Positions 36,430 to 45,481 of a stretch of DNA of 52,761 nucleotides are shown here, in pieces. How positions within the stretch are numbered: position 1 is the stretch's first letter; every line of letters begins with the position of its first letter. Under the pieces are notes generated by a model. It was not told where the DNA came from, did not search any database, and saw nothing but the letters and a program-made list of their open reading frames with translations. Source of the stretch: a virus (taxonomy: Duplodnaviria > Caudoviricetes); IMG/VR virus record IMGVR_UViG_3300036782_000035, positions 1 through 52,761 of that record; one strand, given 5' to 3'. A program made the position numbers and the translations under genes.

Positions 36430-36992
36430 CCGCCCCCGAGACGCCCGCCAGCGGCGTCACCAGCCCGCACGGCGTGACCGCGCCCGGCGAGACGGCGGCC
36501 GTGACGGTGGGGCAGGCGCAGGCCGACTGGTGGATCTGCGACGGCCCGCTGCCAGGCGCGCAGAAGTTCCTCGGCCCGTTCGCGACGCAGGAACTCGCGC
36601 TCAACGTCCGCACCTACGTCGAGAAGGCCACGAAGCGCTCCCTGTGGGTGGACGACGAAGCGCCAGCCGCGCCGCAGCCCGCGCCCGAGGTGATCGAGCG
36701 GATAGCCGCGTGGCTCTACGTTGAAGTCAGCGACTACGACGACTGGAGCCGCGCGACGGAGCGCAAGCGCGAGTACTACCTTGACCACGCCCGCGAGCTG
36801 GCCGCCATCCTCGCCGAGCACCCGCAGGAGCCGCAGCCCGCGCCCGAGCTGGCCGCCACCAAGCTCCGCGAGGGTGTCGAGCAGCTCGCCAAAGACGTCA
36901 CCGCGAGCGCCGACGCCACCGCACCGAGCAAGAAGTCCAGCATCGAGTACGAGGTCGCCATCCAGCTACGCAAGCTGCTGGAGACGCCGTGA
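36426..36992 (+). CDS. Modular hypothetical protein with PQPAPE linkers
   Basis: Coupled; 19-bp direct repeat inside. Confidence 0.6.
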   Translation: MTAPETPASGVTSPHGVTAPGETAAVTVGQAQADWWICDGPLPGAQKFLGPFATQELALNVRTYVEKATKRSLWVDDEAPAAPQPAPEVIERIAAWLYVEVSDYDDWSRATERKREYYLDHARELAAILAEHPQEPQPAPELAATKLREGVEQLAKDVTASADATAPSKKSSIEYEVAIQLRKLLETP

Positions 36993-37327
36993 CCGCCAAG
37001 ACGCCAGGCCAGCTCGCCTGCGAGACGTTCTGGGCGGCCGTGCGCCGCCTGCACGGCGGCGAGGACGCGGGCGATTGGCCCGGCAACGCCTGGGACTGGG
37101 CCAACGACAGGAACTCGCGCGAAGCCTGGCACGAAGCCGCCGCAGCCGTCGAAACCGAGCAGGTGCGCCTCGCCCACCAGGACCGCGACAGCCTCCGCGA
37201 GCGCATGCTCGACATCGCCACGGAGCTGGAGGGCGAGGCCGCGAGCCTTAACGCCACTGGCGTCACCAGGGGCAACCGCATCCGCCGCGACGCCGCCGCG
37301 AAGATCCGGAAGGGGCTCGACGCATGA
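36989..37327 (+). CDS. Hypothetical protein
   Basis: Coupled ORF. Confidence 0.6.
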   Translation: MTAKTPGQLACETFWAAVRRLHGGEDAGDWPGNAWDWANDRNSREAWHEAAAAVETEQVRLAHQDRDSLRERMLDIATELEGEAASLNATGVTRGNRIRRDAAAKIRKGLDA

Positions 37328-37517
37328 CCCGCATCCGCCGCGCTATCGCCGCCCTGCGGCGCCTGTTCCGCGAGCCTGACGAGCTGATCCTGGAGGACTG
37401 GTGACCTGCGACATGTGCGGCATCGCCATCACCAGCGGCACCCGCTGCGAGCAGTGCAAGAAGCTCGCCGAAGACCTGAAGTCAAGTCACCGAAACCATC
37501 ACCGAACAGGGGAAACA

Positions 37518-38417
37518 ATGAAACTCCGCACCACCGCCATGACGGCCGCCGCCGCCCTCGCGCTCACCGCAGGGGTCACCGGCTTCGCGACCGCGAGCGC
37601 GGCCACAGCGCCCGTCGCGAAGGTCGCCGGCCTGCACGTCACCACGGCCACCACAAGCGCCCTCACGGTCACCTGGGCGAAGCCAGCCGACCCGAACGCG
37701 AAGGTCCGCGTCCAGGTCTACGACGCCGACACCCTCGCCGACAGCTACGACACCGCCTACAAGGGCGGCGTCACCGGCACCACGGTCACCGCGACGGGGC
37801 TCGCCGCGGGCACCGCCTACGTGCTGCGCGCCGACGAGTACGACGGCACCGCCAACAGCGGCTGGACAGCGCCCGTGACGGTTTACACCGCCGCGCAGGG
37901 CAGCACGGGCACGGCCGGCCCCGCCGGGCCGGCAGGTCCCGCAGGACCGCAGGGACCGGCAGGGACGCCCGTCCTGTACGAGTCCACGGGCTTCTCCGCT
38001 CCCGGCCTGGCCATCGACATGGCACCCGGCCCGGACGGGACCGCCGGGTCCGGCGGCTGGGGCTGGGACAGCGCGGCGAACAAGGCGGTCACCAGCCTGA
38101 CCACGGGCACGGCGGCGCCGTTCACGGTCACCGTCGTCCAGGCGGGCACCGAGGCCGCTGACGGGTCGCTGACGCTCACCTACGACCCGTACGACTTCAA
38201 GCTCACCGCGACCCCGGCTGACGGCACGTGCGCGGTCATCCCGCAGACGCAGCAGGAGACCTGCTCGTTCACTGACCTGGCGCACTCGGCGGTGTCGAAG
38301 GCGTTCACGTTCACGGCGGAGCACGCCGACCCGGATGCCGTGATCGGCGTCACCGCGCTGGCCGGCGGGCTCGAAGCGGCCGCGTCGTTCCCCGTGGCGA
38401 TCACGGCGGCATCGTGA
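37518..38417 (+). CDS. Secreted protein: signal peptide, fibronectin type III-like domain, short collagen-like repeat
   Basis: MKLRTT...ASAA signal; LTVTW...TGLAAGTAY (Fn3); GPAGPAGPAGPQGPAG. Confidence 0.7.
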   Translation: MKLRTTAMTAAAALALTAGVTGFATASAATAPVAKVAGLHVTTATTSALTVTWAKPADPNAKVRVQVYDADTLADSYDTAYKGGVTGTTVTATGLAAGTAYVLRADEYDGTANSGWTAPVTVYTAAQGSTGTAGPAGPAGPAGPQGPAGTPVLYESTGFSAPGLAIDMAPGPDGTAGSGGWGWDSAANKAVTSLTTGTAAPFTVTVVQAGTEAADGSLTLTYDPYDFKLTATPADGTCAVIPQTQQETCSFTDLAHSAVSKAFTFTAEHADPDAVIGVTALAGGLEAAASFPVAITAAS

Positions 38418-38605
38418 GCGAGATCGCCAAGGTGTCCGTAACGATCACGGCTGACGGTCAGATCACCGACATCACGGTCGGCGCCCGCAGCATCGCCGCC
38501 GCGATCCCGCGTGGCAACGCCAGCCTCACCCTGGGCGACGGGGGATCGTTTCTCAGCATCGCCCTCGTCCCTGACGAGATCATCGTGAAGGGCAAGAGCG
38601 AGTGA
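38414..38605 (+). CDS. Hypothetical protein
   Basis: Coupled ORF. Confidence 0.5.
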   Translation: MSEIAKVSVTITADGQITDITVGARSIAAAIPRGNASLTLGDGGSFLSIALVPDEIIVKGKSE

Positions 38606-38928
38606 CCGCCGTCCTGGGCAAGCGGGACGACTGGGCTGCGCTGCTCACCCGCTGGCACCGTGACCTGGGCGACAACTTCGCGGCGGTGCTGCCGCGCGTG
38701 CTCGACGACCTGGAGGCGGTCGACCGGGCGCACGCGGACGATCCCGGACGGAACCGGACGCCCTCGGACGCTGAGCTGACCGCGTGGATCGAGGCTCACC
38801 CGGCCGAGTTCGCGGCGTGGGCGGCCAGGCAGGCGCGCATCAAAGGCGCGCCACCGCCATTCGACACGCCGACCAGGCAGCCGACAACGCGCAGGCGGGC
38901 CGCGCCCAAGGGCGGCGGTGCGACGTGA
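38602..38928 (+). CDS. Hypothetical protein
   Basis: Coupled ORF. Confidence 0.55.
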   Translation: MTAVLGKRDDWAALLTRWHRDLGDNFAAVLPRVLDDLEAVDRAHADDPGRNRTPSDAELTAWIEAHPAEFAAWAARQARIKGAPPPFDTPTRQPTTRRRAAPKGGGAT

Positions 38929-39140
38929 TGATCGCGGCGGTGATCCTCGCCGGACTGGCAGTCTGCCTCGCCCTCGTCTCGGTCGCCTACACGCGGGCGA
39001 CCGCCCGCATGCAGCGCGCCGCCAGTCTGTACGCGGCCGGGCGCACGCAGGAGGGCGACGCCGAGATGAAGCGCGGCCGTGAGCTGATGCGCCGCGTTGA
39101 CCTGCTCGTCGGCGCGCTCGCACGAAAGGACAGCGACTGA
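38925..39140 (+). CDS. Small membrane protein
   Basis: N-terminal TM segment; coupled. Confidence 0.5.
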   Translation: MMIAAVILAGLAVCLALVSVAYTRATARMQRAASLYAAGRTQEGDAEMKRGRELMRRVDLLVGALARKDSD

Positions 39141-39619
39141 TGGGCGAGATGCGCAATTTCGAGGCCGAGGCACTTGCAGCCGTCGAGCGCCTGCGCCACC
39201 CGTTCCACCACGATGACCGATCGCATCTCGCGGAGCACGTAGCCGCCGCGAGAGCCACCCAGACCCCGGCACCAGTGCCGGTTAACCTAGCCGTGACGCC
39301 CGTCGCGGCTGCAACCCCCGCAGGAGGAACCATGTCATTCATCACCGACGCCGAAGCCTTCATCGCCCGCGCCAAGGTCATCGGCGAAGACGTCCTCGCC
39401 GACGTCGAGGCCATCAAGGCCAACCCGGAGACCGCGAGCATCCTCAAGAGCGCCGCCGGGCTCGCCAGGATCGCCGACATCCCTGCCGGCCTCATCGGCA
39501 GCGTCGGCGCGGGCCTCGCCGGGCTGTACGACGCCTACACCACCCCGGCCGCGACCTCGCCCGCCGACCCGGCAGCGCCCGCGCAGCCTGTCGACCCGGC
39601 GCTCGCGCCGGCCCAGTAG
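39140..39619 (+). CDS. Hypothetical protein (alternative start 39332 with AGGAGG SD)
   Basis: ORF followed by a terminator-like hairpin. Confidence 0.55.
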   Translation: MGEMRNFEAEALAAVERLRHPFHHDDRSHLAEHVAAARATQTPAPVPVNLAVTPVAAATPAGGTMSFITDAEAFIARAKVIGEDVLADVEAIKANPETASILKSAAGLARIADIPAGLIGSVGAGLAGLYDAYTTPAATSPADPAAPAQPVDPALAPAQ

Positions 39620-39626
39620 CAGAAAC

Positions 39627-39661
39627 AGCCGGGGCGGCGGATGTGACCGCCGCCCCGGCTT
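39627..39661 (+). terminator. Intrinsic terminator-like hairpin
   Basis: 14-bp perfect stem AGCCGGGGCGGCGG-ATGTGA-CCGCCGCCCCGGCT just after a stop codon. Confidence 0.6.
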
Positions 39662-39688
39662 ACCCGTTGCGAAAGGAAGGATACGACG

Positions 39689-39916
39689 GTGAGCACGACA
39701 CGTGAGCCCGTTGCAGGACAGCGCATTCGAGGAACGCACCCGTACGTTTTCCGCTCCGGCGAGTGGGCCGAGCTGGTCGGCACCATGGACGACCCGGAGA
39801 CCGATCGCCGGTCCTACGCGGTCAAGTTCGATGATGGCGCTGTCGACTGGTGGCCGGTCAGCGACGAGGCCGCCGGGTACGAGTTCGCCGAGCCGCAACA
39901 CCGAGAGGACCGCTGA
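39689..39916 (+). CDS. Hypothetical protein
   Basis: AAAGGAAGG SD; IRGTHPY.FRSGEWA motif. Confidence 0.65.
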   Translation: MSTTREPVAGQRIRGTHPYVFRSGEWAELVGTMDDPETDRRSYAVKFDDGAVDWWPVSDEAAGYEFAEPQHREDR

Positions 39917-40137
39917 TGGCACGCGAACCGCAGCGACGCGAGCAGCCCGGGCCCCTGGACGCCACCCTCGTGCCCGTGCAGCGGGCGCTGATCGCGCGGG
40001 CGAAGGCGCTCGAAGAGCAGGCAGGCGACCGGCGCTCGGCACAGGCAGCCGGCCTCTCCACCTTGGAAGACCCCGTGGTCCTGGATCGCATCGCCGCCGA
40101 GTTCCGCACACTCGCTGGAGAACTGGGCCACTGGTGA
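39916..40137 (+). CDS. Hypothetical protein
   Basis: TGATG coupling. Confidence 0.5.
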   Translation: MAREPQRREQPGPLDATLVPVQRALIARAKALEEQAGDRRSAQAAGLSTLEDPVVLDRIAAEFRTLAGELGHW

Positions 40138-40298
40138 GCATGGACAAGCCGACCCGCGAGGAACTGATCGAGGTAGCGACCGGCCTGCACGACGTGACCG
40201 GCTGTTCCTGCGACCGCCGCTACCTGATGTCCTGTCCGAACATGGCCAACGCCGTCTTGCAGGCGGGCAAGGTGATCCGAGAGCGACCAGCACCGTGA
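40134..40298 (+). CDS. Small Cys-containing protein
   Basis: Coupled ORF. Confidence 0.45.
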   Translation: MSMDKPTREELIEVATGLHDVTGCSCDRRYLMSCPNMANAVLQAGKVIRERPAP

Positions 40299-40531
40299 GC
40301 GACGCCGACGAGGACGCCGCGGTCCTCGCCCGCGAACGCGAAGCCCACATGGCGCTCCTGCGCGCGATCCCGGGCGAGCGCGCCAGGCTCGCCGAGCGCG
40401 AGCAGGCCGCCGTGCACTACGCGCGGCTGCTCGGGATCGGGTGGGACGAGGTTGGATCGGCGCTCGGGATGGGCGCGGGCGAGGCGCTTGAGCGGTACGG
40501 CGAGCCGCCGGCGGACGCAGAGCCGTTCTGA
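40295..40531 (+). CDS. Small HTH-like protein
   Basis: AR.LG.GWDEVGSALGM...A.ERYG. Confidence 0.6.
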   Translation: MSDADEDAAVLAREREAHMALLRAIPGERARLAEREQAAVHYARLLGIGWDEVGSALGMGAGEALERYGEPPADAEPF

Positions 40532-40547
40532 GGAAGGCAGGGGAACG

Positions 40548-40787
40548 ATGAGCGCACGCTACTGGGTCCTGGTCACCCATGAACTCATGGACAGCGACCC
40601 GCGATGGCCGGACGGCCTGCGACCCGTCAGGCAAGCCGAAAACGGCCCCGGACCATCGGCGGACGCCGCATGGTGGCTCTTCGAGGACGACGGCGCACCC
40701 GCAACGCTCGAAGGCAAGCGGGTTGAGCTCACCTTCACCCGCAGCGGCGACAAGGCCATGATCGGCAGCCGAAACCCGGCGATCTGA
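40548..40787 (+). CDS. Hypothetical protein, paralog of 746-1009
   Basis: MSARYWVLVTHELMD...WWLFEDDGAPATLEGKRVEL. Confidence 0.7.
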   Translation: MSARYWVLVTHELMDSDPRWPDGLRPVRQAENGPGPSADAAWWLFEDDGAPATLEGKRVELTFTRSGDKAMIGSRNPAI

Positions 40788-40794
40788 GGCTGTC

Positions 40795-41214
40795 GTGGGC
40801 TGGGAAAAAACGGCCGCCGACCGGAAAGCCGACGCCGCCTTCTACTCGGACCCGGTCTACAAGCGCCACCGGGAAATCGCCAAGCGCCGCGCAGCCGGAC
40901 GCTGCGAGGAATGCGGCCACCGGCACCCGACCCAGTGTGACCACGTCATACCGCGGATCAAGGGCGGCACCCACGCGCTGGACAACCTGCGGATGCTGTG
41001 CGCGGGAGACGGAACGTGCAAGTGCCACGAGAGGAAAACCGCAGGTGAGGGCGGCGGATGGCGCAAGACCGGCGACAGCCGCGTGCCGAGAGACCCGCAG
41101 CCGCGGCCCCGAACGAAGTGGTTACTACTCAGGGTGATAGCCGGCAATGACGAGCGAGCCGCGAAGCAAACACAACAGAACATCGGCCGACAACTATGTA
41201 TAACTATGCAGTGA
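40795..41214 (+). CDS. HNH endonuclease (terminase-associated type)
   Basis: CEECG...DHVIP...GG.H.LDNLR.LC...CH..KT. Confidence 0.85.
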   Translation: MGWEKTAADRKADAAFYSDPVYKRHREIAKRRAAGRCEECGHRHPTQCDHVIPRIKGGTHALDNLRMLCAGDGTCKCHERKTAGEGGGWRKTGDSRVPRDPQPRPRTKWLLLRVIAGNDERAAKQTQQNIGRQLCITMQ

Positions 41215-41451
41215 CCAGGGTCGATGTGATGCACGCCGATGTGACGGCGCGCAACGCGCAAGTCCAGCGGGCTCCGCGCACAGAGCCCTGCCTGCCCCTA
41301 AATCCCCCTCCCCACCCCTGTGGAAAACCTGATTTTGTCACGTTGCGTTACATAGATCATCGCCCATGTATGTTTATGCATTGATGGTTGTCAAATTTGA
41401 CGATTGCCGATGTTGGTTCGCGTGTGTGCATTGACCTGCGTGGATGTTGCG

Positions 41452-42927
41452 CTACGCGACGATCATGCGGACGCCGGGGCGCTTCGGCGGCGGGATGGTG
41501 AGCGCGATCTTCACCGCGCCGGCGCCCGCGTAGGCCGCGTCAACGTGTCCCTCGCCCTTGCGGACGAAGCGCCAGCCGTCGCCTGAGTTGAGCTTCCGCG
41601 ACGCGCTGACGTGCGCGTTCAGCAGCGGGTCATCGGGATGGATGACACGCGATCCCTTGACGAGCACGGAGAACTCCTGGCATCCCTCGGTGACCCGGCT
41701 GCCGGTGATCGCGCCGTCCTCGGGCAGGTCGCCCGGCTCGCGCTTGCCGCCCGGGCGCCTGTTGTACTTCATGCCGAGGGCGCGCAGGGTGGTCGCGCCG
41801 CCCGCTGCGGGCCCGCTCGAGTACCAGCCGAACGCCGCGGGCCTGATCTTGGCGAGCAGGCCGGGCAGCTCGGCGAGCGCCCTGTTGATGTCGTCCCATG
41901 CCTCGGCTACCTCGACGCGGGCGCGGCCGTCGTCGAGGCGCGCTGCGACGGCCAGCGTGGCGTGCTTGCCGTCTGGCGCGGCGTCGAAGCAGGCGCCGAT
42001 GCGGTCGCGGTGGCCGTCGAGGGTTCCGGCGAGGTCGGCGCACCCTTCCCAGCGCGCGAGGTCGATTGCGCCGTCGAGCGCGTCGACCTTCTGACATAGC
42101 ACCTCGGTGCGGAACACCTCAGGTGTCTCGGTAGCGCACGCGGTGCGGATGGCTGACTCGGAGACGGTGTAACCGAGGCCGGGGTTGGCCTGCCGCCAGG
42201 CGCGGGTGTCGTCGAGCTCGCAGCCGTCCTCGCCGGACCACTCGAAGAGGCCGACGGACTCGTCGCGGCCGGACAAGGCTGAGTCGCGGAGCTGGTTGAG
42301 CACGGTGCTGGTGTCGTCGCCCGCGTTCGACAGGCAGATGGTGAGCGGATTCGGCCTGGCCATGGTCGTGTAGTAGAGCGCTGACCAGGCTTTACGGTCC
42401 CGGTGAGTCCTGAGTTCATCCATGATCAGGCCATCGACGCTAAATCCGCGGCCTGCGTCGGGTGTGGCACTCCTGACCATGTACTCGGCGCCGTTCTTCA
42501 GCCCGAACGCCTCCTGGCCGTTGACGTGCCGGTGGTAGCTCAGGCGCCGGGCGAGCGACGGCGTGTCCTCGATCATGCGGAGGGTGAGTTTCCACTGGTT
42601 GGACGCCTGGGCGAGGTCTTGAGCGGTGCCGAGGATCAGCCGGCAGTCGTCGTCGAAGAGCATCCGCCACAGGGTGATCATCCGCATCAGATGTGATTTC
42701 CCGGATTGCCGGGCCACCATGATCAGGACGATGCGGAAGCGGTAAGTACCGTCGGCGTTGACCTCCATGGCGTGCTTGACGGCCCACTGCTGCCAGGGAA
42801 GGAGCGGCTCGCCGATCGCTTCGGCGAAGTCGATGACGTCGTAGCCGTAGCTGGTGCGCCGCGAGAGCGGCCGGAGCGGTTCGGGGTGCAGGCGCGCTTC
42901 GGTGATGCCGCGCAGCTGCTTAGGCAC
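41452..42927 (-). CDS. terL: Terminase large subunit
   Basis: LLPWQ, Walker A VARQSGKS, GRG.S..LIMDE, SNAG, W.QANP, F.TE.LC, C-terminal HVDA. Confidence 0.92.
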   Translation of the reverse strand: MPKQLRGITEARLHPEPLRPLSRRTSYGYDVIDFAEAIGEPLLPWQQWAVKHAMEVNADGTYRFRIVLIMVARQSGKSHLMRMITLWRMLFDDDCRLILGTAQDLAQASNQWKLTLRMIEDTPSLARRLSYHRHVNGQEAFGLKNGAEYMVRSATPDAGRGFSVDGLIMDELRTHRDRKAWSALYYTTMARPNPLTICLSNAGDDTSTVLNQLRDSALSGRDESVGLFEWSGEDGCELDDTRAWRQANPGLGYTVSESAIRTACATETPEVFRTEVLCQKVDALDGAIDLARWEGCADLAGTLDGHRDRIGACFDAAPDGKHATLAVAARLDDGRARVEVAEAWDDINRALAELPGLLAKIRPAAFGWYSSGPAAGGATTLRALGMKYNRRPGGKREPGDLPEDGAITGSRVTEGCQEFSVLVKGSRVIHPDDPLLNAHVSASRKLNSGDGWRFVRKGEGHVDAAYAGAGAVKIALTIPPPKRPGVRMIVA

Positions 42928-43252
42928 CGCGGCGTCTTGGCTTGAGCTGGTCCAGGGCGTCCACCGCCTGTTCGGCCGGGCCGCCCTTCTTCCCGGTGAT
43001 GACGGCCCTGGCCGCGGGTGACCCGCCGAGCGATTCGAGGACCTGGCGGAGCTCGGGCATGCAGTCGCGGACGGCGTGCCGCCGGTCTTTGGGGTCTGCC
43101 TCGTCGATGGTGCGGGCGAGGACGAGCGCGGCCTTGGCCATGCCGCTGTCCCTGCCGCCGCCGTTGTCGGGGCCGAGGTCGATGCCGAGGCTCATGACGG
43201 TGGCGTAGACGGCCGGGTACAGCAGCTCGCTTGCGTCCCGCAGCAGCGTCAT
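42920..43252 (-). CDS. terS: Terminase small subunit
   Basis: Upstream of and overlapping terL; LARTID...L..LG.SP.AR pattern. Confidence 0.75.
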   Translation of the reverse strand: MTLLRDASELLYPAVYATVMSLGIDLGPDNGGGRDSGMAKAALVLARTIDEADPKDRRHAVRDCMPELRQVLESLGGSPAARAVITGKKGGPAEQAVDALDQLKPRRRGA

Positions 43253-43427
43253 TTGGTGGTCCTCTACATTCCTGTGACCTGTTTGCACAAGAGTGTCGCG
43301 CCTTCTCTTGTGGTTTTCCTCCAATCGGATGTTAACCTGTGCGTGTCACGAGGGCCGGGAGCGGTGAAAACGCCTTTCCGGCCTTTCGTGACGCCCGCTT
43401 CCGGCTCTCCCGTCAGGGGAGGGCGTC

Positions 43428-43676
43428 TTGGCTGCTTCTGCCGTTCCGCAGGGCGTGTCTGGCCGTTCTTTCATCGGCAAGGTGGCCGCTGTTTTCGCGG
43501 CGCGGGCTGCGGCGAGGCGTAAGCCGTCCAGGGTGGCGGGCTTCATCGCTGATCACACGGGGACGCTCGCGGCGCTGGGGTTCGCGGACACGGCGTGCTG
43601 GCACTGGGGCACGGGCGCGGGGCTGATCGGTACCGCGGCGTGCATCCTGGTCGCTGAGTTCAAGGTCCGTGGCTGA
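43428..43676 (+). CDS. Small membrane protein preceding portal
   Basis: GGAGG SD, TTG start, hydrophobic C-terminus. Confidence 0.55.
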   Translation: MAASAVPQGVSGRSFIGKVAAVFAARAAARRKPSRVAGFIADHTGTLAALGFADTACWHWGTGAGLIGTAACILVAEFKVRG

Positions 43677-43929
43677 CGTGACCGCCGACGAGCTCCTGAA
43701 GAGGGCTGCGGCCTGCCGGGACTGCGGCAAGGAGCACGAGTACCGCCAAGTCGAGACGTCCCGGGGAAGCTGGGCGGCCGGCGACGGCCACGCTTACCGC
43801 CCGGTAGTCGATATCGGCATCGTCGCGAAGCTCCGCTACCTCGCGACCGGCAGCTACGTGGATCCCTGGCTGCTGCCCAAGCAAACAATGGCGTCCAAGA
43901 TCGCCTCAGCGATCGGGCTGAGCACCTGA
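43669..43929 (+). CDS. Hypothetical protein
   Basis: Coupled ORF. Confidence 0.5.
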   Translation: MADVTADELLKRAAACRDCGKEHEYRQVETSRGSWAAGDGHAYRPVVDIGIVAKLRYLATGSYVDPWLLPKQTMASKIASAIGLST

Positions 43930-45371
43930 TGGGCTCGCTGCTGGGCCAGTTGATGAACGCGAAGGCGTCGCAGTCCGCCGGCTCGCCGGTGCCGATGGGC
44001 GGCGGCATGGTGGGCATGCCGGGCAGCTCGTCCGGGAGCAATATCGACCTGACGCTGATCCGCTCGTACCGGATGAACGGGACCGTCTACTCGAACGTGT
44101 CGCTGATGGCGCGGTCGGTCGCCAAGCAGCAGTGGAACCTGTACCGGCAGGCGCCGCCGTCGGCCCGGTTCACGACCAGCGACCGCGGCAGCGACCAGCG
44201 CAAGCAGGTCCAGGTGCACGCGGCCCTGAACGTGCTCAACTCCCCGGCCAGCATCACGGTGCCGACGCCGCGCGGGCCTAAGCGGATCCAGGTGTGGAGC
44301 CGCTCGCAGCTGTTTTACGTGTCGCAGATCTGGATGAAGACGTGCGGCAAGTCGTACTGGATCGTCGACACGGCCGAGGACGCCTCGCCGATCCCCTTGG
44401 GGCTGTGGCCGGTGCGCCCGGACCGCATCATCCCGGTTCCCGACCGGAACCGCTACCTGGCGGGGTACCTGTACCGCTCGCCGGACGGCCAGGAGATGAT
44501 CCCGCTGCGGCCGGACGAGGTGATCGTCAACCGCTACGCGGACCCTGAGGACCCTTACGGCGGCTGCGGGCCGATTCAGGCGGTGCTGGCCGATATCCAG
44601 GCGGCTGATTACGCGGCTGAGTGGAATAAGAACTACTTCGTCAATTCGGCTGAGCCGGGCGGCATTATCCAGCTTGACACGACGCTCAATGACGAGGAAT
44701 TCGACCAGTTCACCAGCCGCTGGCGGGAAACTCACCGGGGCGTGGCGAGGGCGCACCGCATCGCGGTGCTTGAGGCCGGGGCGACGTGGGTTGCGAACAA
44801 CCACAGTGCCCGTGACATGGACTTTGTCAACCTGCGGAATTCCTCGCGTGACATTATCCGCGAGGCACTGGCAATGCACAAGGTAATGACCGGGGTAACA
44901 GAAGATGTCAACAGGGCCAATGCGCAGACCGGGGAAGAGGTTTTCTCTTCCTGGACGGTCGCGCCGGACCTTGAGCAGTGGCGAGACGACGTAATCAACA
45001 CGCAGTTCCTTCCGCTGTTCGGTGATACCGCGCAGGGCGTGGAATTCGACTTCGCGTACCCCACGCCGGCGAACCGCGAGCAGGACAACGCCGAATTGAC
45101 GACGAAGACGGCGGCGTACTCGGTGCTGGTGGACGCGGGGGTTGACCCGGATGACGCGGCGCAGGTGGTCGGGCTGCCGCCGATGAAGATGGCCGAGGTC
45201 GCGACCCAGTCGCCGGCTCTGCCGCCCGGCTGGGTGCCGGAGCTCGCGCCCGGTGCCGCGCCCGCTCCTGATGCGGCCGCTGTCGCGTCGGCCGAGGCGA
45301 TCCTGCGCGCCGCGGCGGCACGGGATCCGCGGGCGATGGCCATTTACAACCAGCTGGCGGGCGCATCATGA
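43929..45371 (+). CDS. Portal protein (HK97 family)
   Basis: LWPVRPDR, YF.N.A.PGGI, VLE.G, DMDF motifs. Confidence 0.92.
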   Translation: MGSLLGQLMNAKASQSAGSPVPMGGGMVGMPGSSSGSNIDLTLIRSYRMNGTVYSNVSLMARSVAKQQWNLYRQAPPSARFTTSDRGSDQRKQVQVHAALNVLNSPASITVPTPRGPKRIQVWSRSQLFYVSQIWMKTCGKSYWIVDTAEDASPIPLGLWPVRPDRIIPVPDRNRYLAGYLYRSPDGQEMIPLRPDEVIVNRYADPEDPYGGCGPIQAVLADIQAADYAAEWNKNYFVNSAEPGGIIQLDTTLNDEEFDQFTSRWRETHRGVARAHRIAVLEAGATWVANNHSARDMDFVNLRNSSRDIIREALAMHKVMTGVTEDVNRANAQTGEEVFSSWTVAPDLEQWRDDVINTQFLPLFGDTAQGVEFDFAYPTPANREQDNAELTTKTAAYSVLVDAGVDPDDAAQVVGLPPMKMAEVATQSPALPPGWVPELAPGAAPAPDAAAVASAEAILRAAAARDPRAMAIYNQLAGAS

Positions 45372-45481
45372 CAAACTGCCTGCTCAGAAGCGCTATTTCG
45401 GTAGAATGTACGCCATATGGAACCCCCGCGACGGGTGCAACCGCCCGGGGGTCGTGGTCAACCTGTAGAAGGCAGGTCAAC

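Noticed and set aside
41322-43319. GGAAAACC/GGTTTTCC inverted pair flanking the terminase genes as invertase sites
   Set aside because: Only 8 bp, does not extend, and no invertase is encoded.
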